This document shows positions 60,189 through 64,000 of a DNA stretch of 64,000 nucleotides, one piece after another. Location: positions 510,938 through 574,937 of the forward strand of contig CAWKCK010000018.1 in NCBI GenBank assembly GCA_963848135.1. The letters are read 5' to 3'. Source of the DNA: an uncultured delta proteobacterium (GTDB lineage Bacteria; Desulfobacterota; Desulfobacteria; Desulfobacterales; SG8-13). Position 1 is the first letter of the stretch; each line of letters begins with the position of its first letter. Position numbers and translations under genes: made by a program. The notes below the pieces were generated by a model, which was given only the letters and a program-made list of their open reading frames with translations, was not told the DNA's origin and made no database searches.

Positions 60189-61709
60189 TCAGCCCTTGGT
60201 GACCGGAGCCCGTACGGCTTGGCCCGGGTAGACGCCCTTCTGCACTTCACTTTCCTTGACCACGATGGTGCCGTTGACCACTACGTAAGGGATGCCCGTT
60301 GTCGGTGCGGCGTTCTTCCCTTTGTCCAGGGACGAGTTGTCCTGCACGGTCTCCGGATCGAAGACCGTGATGTCGGCATCCGCGCCCACCTTGATGCGAC
60401 CCTTGTCGGCCATTTGGGCAACGCCGTTGTCCTCCAGGAACTTCGCATACTGGTAGCTCATCTTGCTGATGGCTGTCATGAGCGGCATCAGCTTCTTTTC
60501 GCGGGTCAACCGCAGGACACGGCCATGGGTACCGACGGTGCGGGGGTGCGTATTGACCTTGTCCCACGGTGTATCCCAGGCGGACACGAAATTGCCCTCG
60601 GCATCGACGAACGGAAAGGAGTCGCTGCCGATCAGCACGCTTGGGTGAGCCACGGCCTTGAGCATGTCTTCCTCTGTGGCGTTGTAGAACATTACTGACG
60701 AATAGGGGTCGCTCTTGAGCAATTCGTCGTAGCGCTCCTTTGTCAGTCTCTCGCCGGTGGCCGCGACCATGATATCGCTGTAGGTCCTGCCCATGTTCTT
60801 CTGGTAGTTGTCGGGCTTGAGATAATCGGCGGAAATGCCATTGCCCGCTTCGCCATAGTTGTAGGGATAGACCTCGAGGACAACGGGCACACCGACGGCG
60901 CGCAGATCTTCGATGTACTGGATCGCCGTTTCGGTCAGGTTGAGGGCCTGAGCGGTGAAATGCGCGATGACAAGCCCGCCGCCATAGGCGCCAGCCGAGG
61001 CAATCGCTTCCTGGAAGCCCAGAATGGCCGATGTGGGAACCGTTTGACTCGAGAACCGCCCATGAAGGTGAGAGAACCGCCCGAATTTTCCCGCCAGCTT
61101 CTGGACGCCGATCATCTCCTGCGAGGTCATGCCGTCGACCATATATCCGGGGCAGATCCCAACCCCGAGGCCGCCTTCCTGCAGGCCCTGTTCGACGAGT
61201 TTCAAGATGTGGGCGATCCCCTCGTCGGAAGGAATGCGCGCCCAGGTATCGGCCGTGACGTTGGCATCTTTCTTGGACATCATGTCGTACACGATGTTCG
61301 CGGATACGGTCTTCTTCAGGTAGCCCTTGTCGAAAGTCGCAGTCCGTGCGCCGCCGGACGAGGCCGATGCGCCATAGTTGGTCTGCGACTTCCCTTCCAG
61401 ATCGTCGTACCACCGGCCCACCGGCATGGCGCCAGCCTCAAGATCAAGAGCGGTCGTCACGCCATCTCGGAGCGCCGCTTTTTGAGCCAGGGGAATGTCG
61501 ACCGTGTGCATGTGACCATCGATAAAGCCGGGTGCCACCACATGGCCGGCGGCGTCGATGGTTTCCTTTCCTTGGATAGACTGCTCTGTAATGATGTCGA
61601 TCTTGCCGCCCGTGATACCGACGTTGCGCACGGCATCCAGTCCGGTTTCCGGGTCCATTACACGACCACCGGTAATTGCCAGATCGTATTTTTCGTTTGC
61701 TATAGCCAT
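60189..61709 (-). CDS. N-acyl-D-amino-acid deacylase-like amidohydrolase
   Basis: PGFIDGHMH, GSDS, HPRTVG, DADITVFDP. Confidence 0.85.
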   Translation of the reverse strand: MAIANEKYDLAITGGRVMDPETGLDAVRNVGITGGKIDIITEQSIQGKETIDAAGHVVAPGFIDGHMHTVDIPLAQKAALRDGVTTALDLEAGAMPVGRWYDDLEGKSQTNYGASASSGGARTATFDKGYLKKTVSANIVYDMMSKKDANVTADTWARIPSDEGIAHILKLVEQGLQEGGLGVGICPGYMVDGMTSQEMIGVQKLAGKFGRFSHLHGRFSSQTVPTSAILGFQEAIASAGAYGGGLVIAHFTAQALNLTETAIQYIEDLRAVGVPVVLEVYPYNYGEAGNGISADYLKPDNYQKNMGRTYSDIMVAATGERLTKERYDELLKSDPYSSVMFYNATEEDMLKAVAHPSVLIGSDSFPFVDAEGNFVSAWDTPWDKVNTHPRTVGTHGRVLRLTREKKLMPLMTAISKMSYQYAKFLEDNGVAQMADKGRIKVGADADITVFDPETVQDNSSLDKGKNAAPTTGIPYVVVNGTIVVKESEVQKGVYPGQAVRAPVTKG

Positions 61710-62175
61710 CTGTAACCTCCTCTTGTGTGGACGTCGTCATCTGCCGGCGGACCCGCAGACAAAATATTGATGGACTCGTTCCCTGATTGCTGAAAGCCGG
61801 ATCAGCGTTTTATCTCTTTCCCGGGATGGTCTGGATCCAGTTGTCCTTCTTGCCCTTGGGTGTTTCCGGGGCAAAATAGATGTCGAACGAACCATACCAA
61901 CACCGGGCTTGAGGATGATTGGATGTTGATTCAAAATATCTCTAATCGATAGGTGGCGCATCCCCCAAAAAGGGTCAAAAGCGGGTGATTCTTTTCCCCA
62001 TTGGCCTTAAACGAGGCAGGAAAAGTGCATTTGGGGGACGGTTGTCGGGTGATGAAAAGACGAATGGTAATTATCTGCGCGTGATGATGCCGAGACGCTA
62101 AGCGTAAAGGATTTAAAACCGATTCTGTTATTCTTCGAACCTCTGAACCTTTCAACTCTGAACGATGAACCTCAT

Positions 62176-63648
62176 TTATTTCACCAACACCGGTCTTGGC
62201 ATCTTGTATGAGCCGTCGACGAGTGACATCCTGGGCCCGTAGAAACGTGCCGCGAACCGGAAACTGCCTTCCGGCGCCGGCAGCCAGTTTTTCAACTGGT
62301 TCGGGTCACTGGGCTTGTCTTTCTGCAAGTAGATCACCAGTTTGCCGTCTGCAACGTAGAGCTGCTTCTGGTCGATCATGAAGCTGTTGATGGTGTAGCG
62401 ATCGATCGGGTTGCGAACAAAGTAGCCGTCCTTGTTGTAGATCGGGATGGACCAGAACTGGGTGACCGGCGGCAGATCGTTCATGTCGAAGGTCATGGTG
62501 TACTTGTTCTTGCCATCGAGCGGCTTGTCGTCGTTGTCGGTAAACAGAAACGCCGCACCATGAGAGACGTTTTTGTCGGGTCCCGCCCATCCGGCATCCG
62601 CCATGACCGACCGGCTCAGGTAGTCGGTTTCAAACCCTCCGACATTCTGCACCACCATCCAGCCGTTCATGGACAGCAGACTGGACTTGAAGGTTTTCTT
62701 GACGGTGTCGTAACCCTTTTTAAACCCTTGCTCCATGGCCGTCTGTGTGCCCTTATCCAGATCGGACCATTTAAAATTCTTGCCGGGGCCGATATTGAGG
62801 GTTGCGAGCTGAGTCAGCATGTCAGCCTCTTTTTTGGAGTCCTTCATCAAGGTCATGCTGGGGTCGTTCAGAATCATGTTGAGGATTGAGAAAAAGTCCT
62901 CCGCAGTCTGCTTGTCCACCTGTCCCTTGGCGATTTTTGGCATGCGCGAGTATTGTTTGAATGTACCGGGGACTACGCTGACCTTGGACTGGGGAACGCC
63001 CTTTTTGCCGTTAGCTAACCACTTGCTTAAGGGCGTGATGCTGATCTTATCCTGATAGGCGTTGATCTGGCTGATGTCTTTATCCGATCCCGTCAGCACC
63101 GCGATCCGCGTCAATACATAACTTGTCTTGCTCGGCGCATGAATCACTTCGGTGGTGGCGAACTCGGCCGGTAGTTTGCCTTTATAGTCGTCAGGAACGA
63201 TGATGTAAGAACGTGCGGCGGTGCCATTGAACTGATTGCCCGCCATCAGGTAGAAGATGCCGTACTGGTCCATGATTTGCAGACTGAAATAGCGGTCCGT
63301 GATCGCGGGCATCTCGATGATCACCGGCTCTTTCTGCAAATCAAGGAAGCCGGTGCCATACAAAGTTGTGGCATTTGGCGTGACGACCGGAAAATCAGGC
63401 GTTATTTTTTCCCTAACGTTGTAAAACCGGTTAACGCCTACATAGGATTGGTTGTCCTTGCTGTCATCCTGGGTATAGATATAACGCTGCCCAAAAAAGA
63501 TGACCTGCTGCAAACCATACGTATAGGCTTTTTCAGCAATCTGTTGAGCCTCGGCAGGGGTGACTTCTGCTGAGGCTGTGGAAGCTGCAAAGAACAGTAA
63601 CGCAGCCACGAGGGCCAATATCCCCTTGTTAATTTTATACGTTTTCAT
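62176..63648 (-). CDS. Secreted DUF1254/DUF1214 protein
   Basis: Signal peptide, VTPNATTLY, PPVTQFWS, NWLPAP, RFYGP. Confidence 0.85.
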   Translation of the reverse strand: MKTYKINKGILALVAALLFFAASTASAEVTPAEAQQIAEKAYTYGLQQVIFFGQRYIYTQDDSKDNQSYVGVNRFYNVREKITPDFPVVTPNATTLYGTGFLDLQKEPVIIEMPAITDRYFSLQIMDQYGIFYLMAGNQFNGTAARSYIIVPDDYKGKLPAEFATTEVIHAPSKTSYVLTRIAVLTGSDKDISQINAYQDKISITPLSKWLANGKKGVPQSKVSVVPGTFKQYSRMPKIAKGQVDKQTAEDFFSILNMILNDPSMTLMKDSKKEADMLTQLATLNIGPGKNFKWSDLDKGTQTAMEQGFKKGYDTVKKTFKSSLLSMNGWMVVQNVGGFETDYLSRSVMADAGWAGPDKNVSHGAAFLFTDNDDKPLDGKNKYTMTFDMNDLPPVTQFWSIPIYNKDGYFVRNPIDRYTINSFMIDQKQLYVADGKLVIYLQKDKPSDPNQLKNWLPAPEGSFRFAARFYGPRMSLVDGSYKMPRPVLVK

Positions 63649-63665
63649 TTCCGTTCTCCTTGAAT

Positions 63666-64000
63666 TTATTTAACTGGCTGAGCCGCAGGAAACGTCCAGC
63701 TGCCATCAATAATTTCCTTGCGCGGCTGATAGAGTCGGACCAGATAGTTCCAGCCCTCCATGATCGGCAGAAAGTTGGGCTGCTTGGGATCGCCGCCGAA
63801 ATGGATGGTCATGCTGCCGTCCTTGTTTTTCTTACCGGTGACATTGTTCACTGAGTAGGCGTTGTACTGGTTCTTTTGAAAATAGCCTTCCTCGTTATAC
63901 AGGCTGATCGACCAGAATCCGTCCACCGGCACATCTTTCACATTGAGCGTGTAAGCGGTCTTGCCATCATTATTTTCAGGAGTGACGCCCGCATACATGG
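63666..64000 (-). CDS. DUF1214-domain protein, C-terminal part (runs off the window)
   Basis: [23 protein letters not shown]. Confidence 0.8.
   Translation of the reverse strand, partial: MYAGVTPENNDGKTAYTLNVKDVPVDGFWSISLYNEEGYFQKNQYNAYSVNNVTGKKNKDGSMTIHFGGDPKQPNFLPIMEGWNYLVRLYQPRKEIIDGSWTFPAAQPVK

Noticed and set aside
60247..61413. 388-aa Arg/Pro-rich alternative-frame ORF
   Set aside because: Off-frame overlap with a clear amidohydrolase; composition typical of spurious frames.
1..64000. CRISPR array, rRNA or intact tRNA
   Set aside because: No regularly spaced repeats and no complete cloverleaf or rRNA signature were seen.

Overview
Bacterial window. Gene content, repeat families and Sec usage suggest a Desulfobacterales-like deltaproteobacterium (inference). 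1-23 kb is mostly ordinary core genes (sensor kinase, cysteine desulfurase, YbaK, HU, transketolase, lytic transglycosylases, FabH, ChrB, MFS), with two MITE copies and a 1.3-kb gene-free gap carrying a sigma54-type promoter. 23-42 kb is an accessory region: co-oriented minus-strand cargo genes are separated by copies of a fixed-spacing motif that also brackets a decayed tyrosine recombinase gene. Two unrelated mobile elements have each inserted into that motif's CTTGCCA heptamer: an IS1111-type IS110 whose 3' non-coding region carries candidate bridge-RNA guides, and a two-recombinase element. The region also holds an XRE/ImmA/DnaB module with a shared operator, a collapsed group II twintron with a chimeric RT, and an unannotated UxxC selenoprotein followed by an attC-like site. 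42-64 kb is a minus-strand envelope/transport block plus six amidohydrolases, two COG0523 GTPases and DUF1254/DUF1214 genes. Several frameshifts there are all +1 insertions and may be assembly errors. All calls come from visual motif recognition; no database searches were run.
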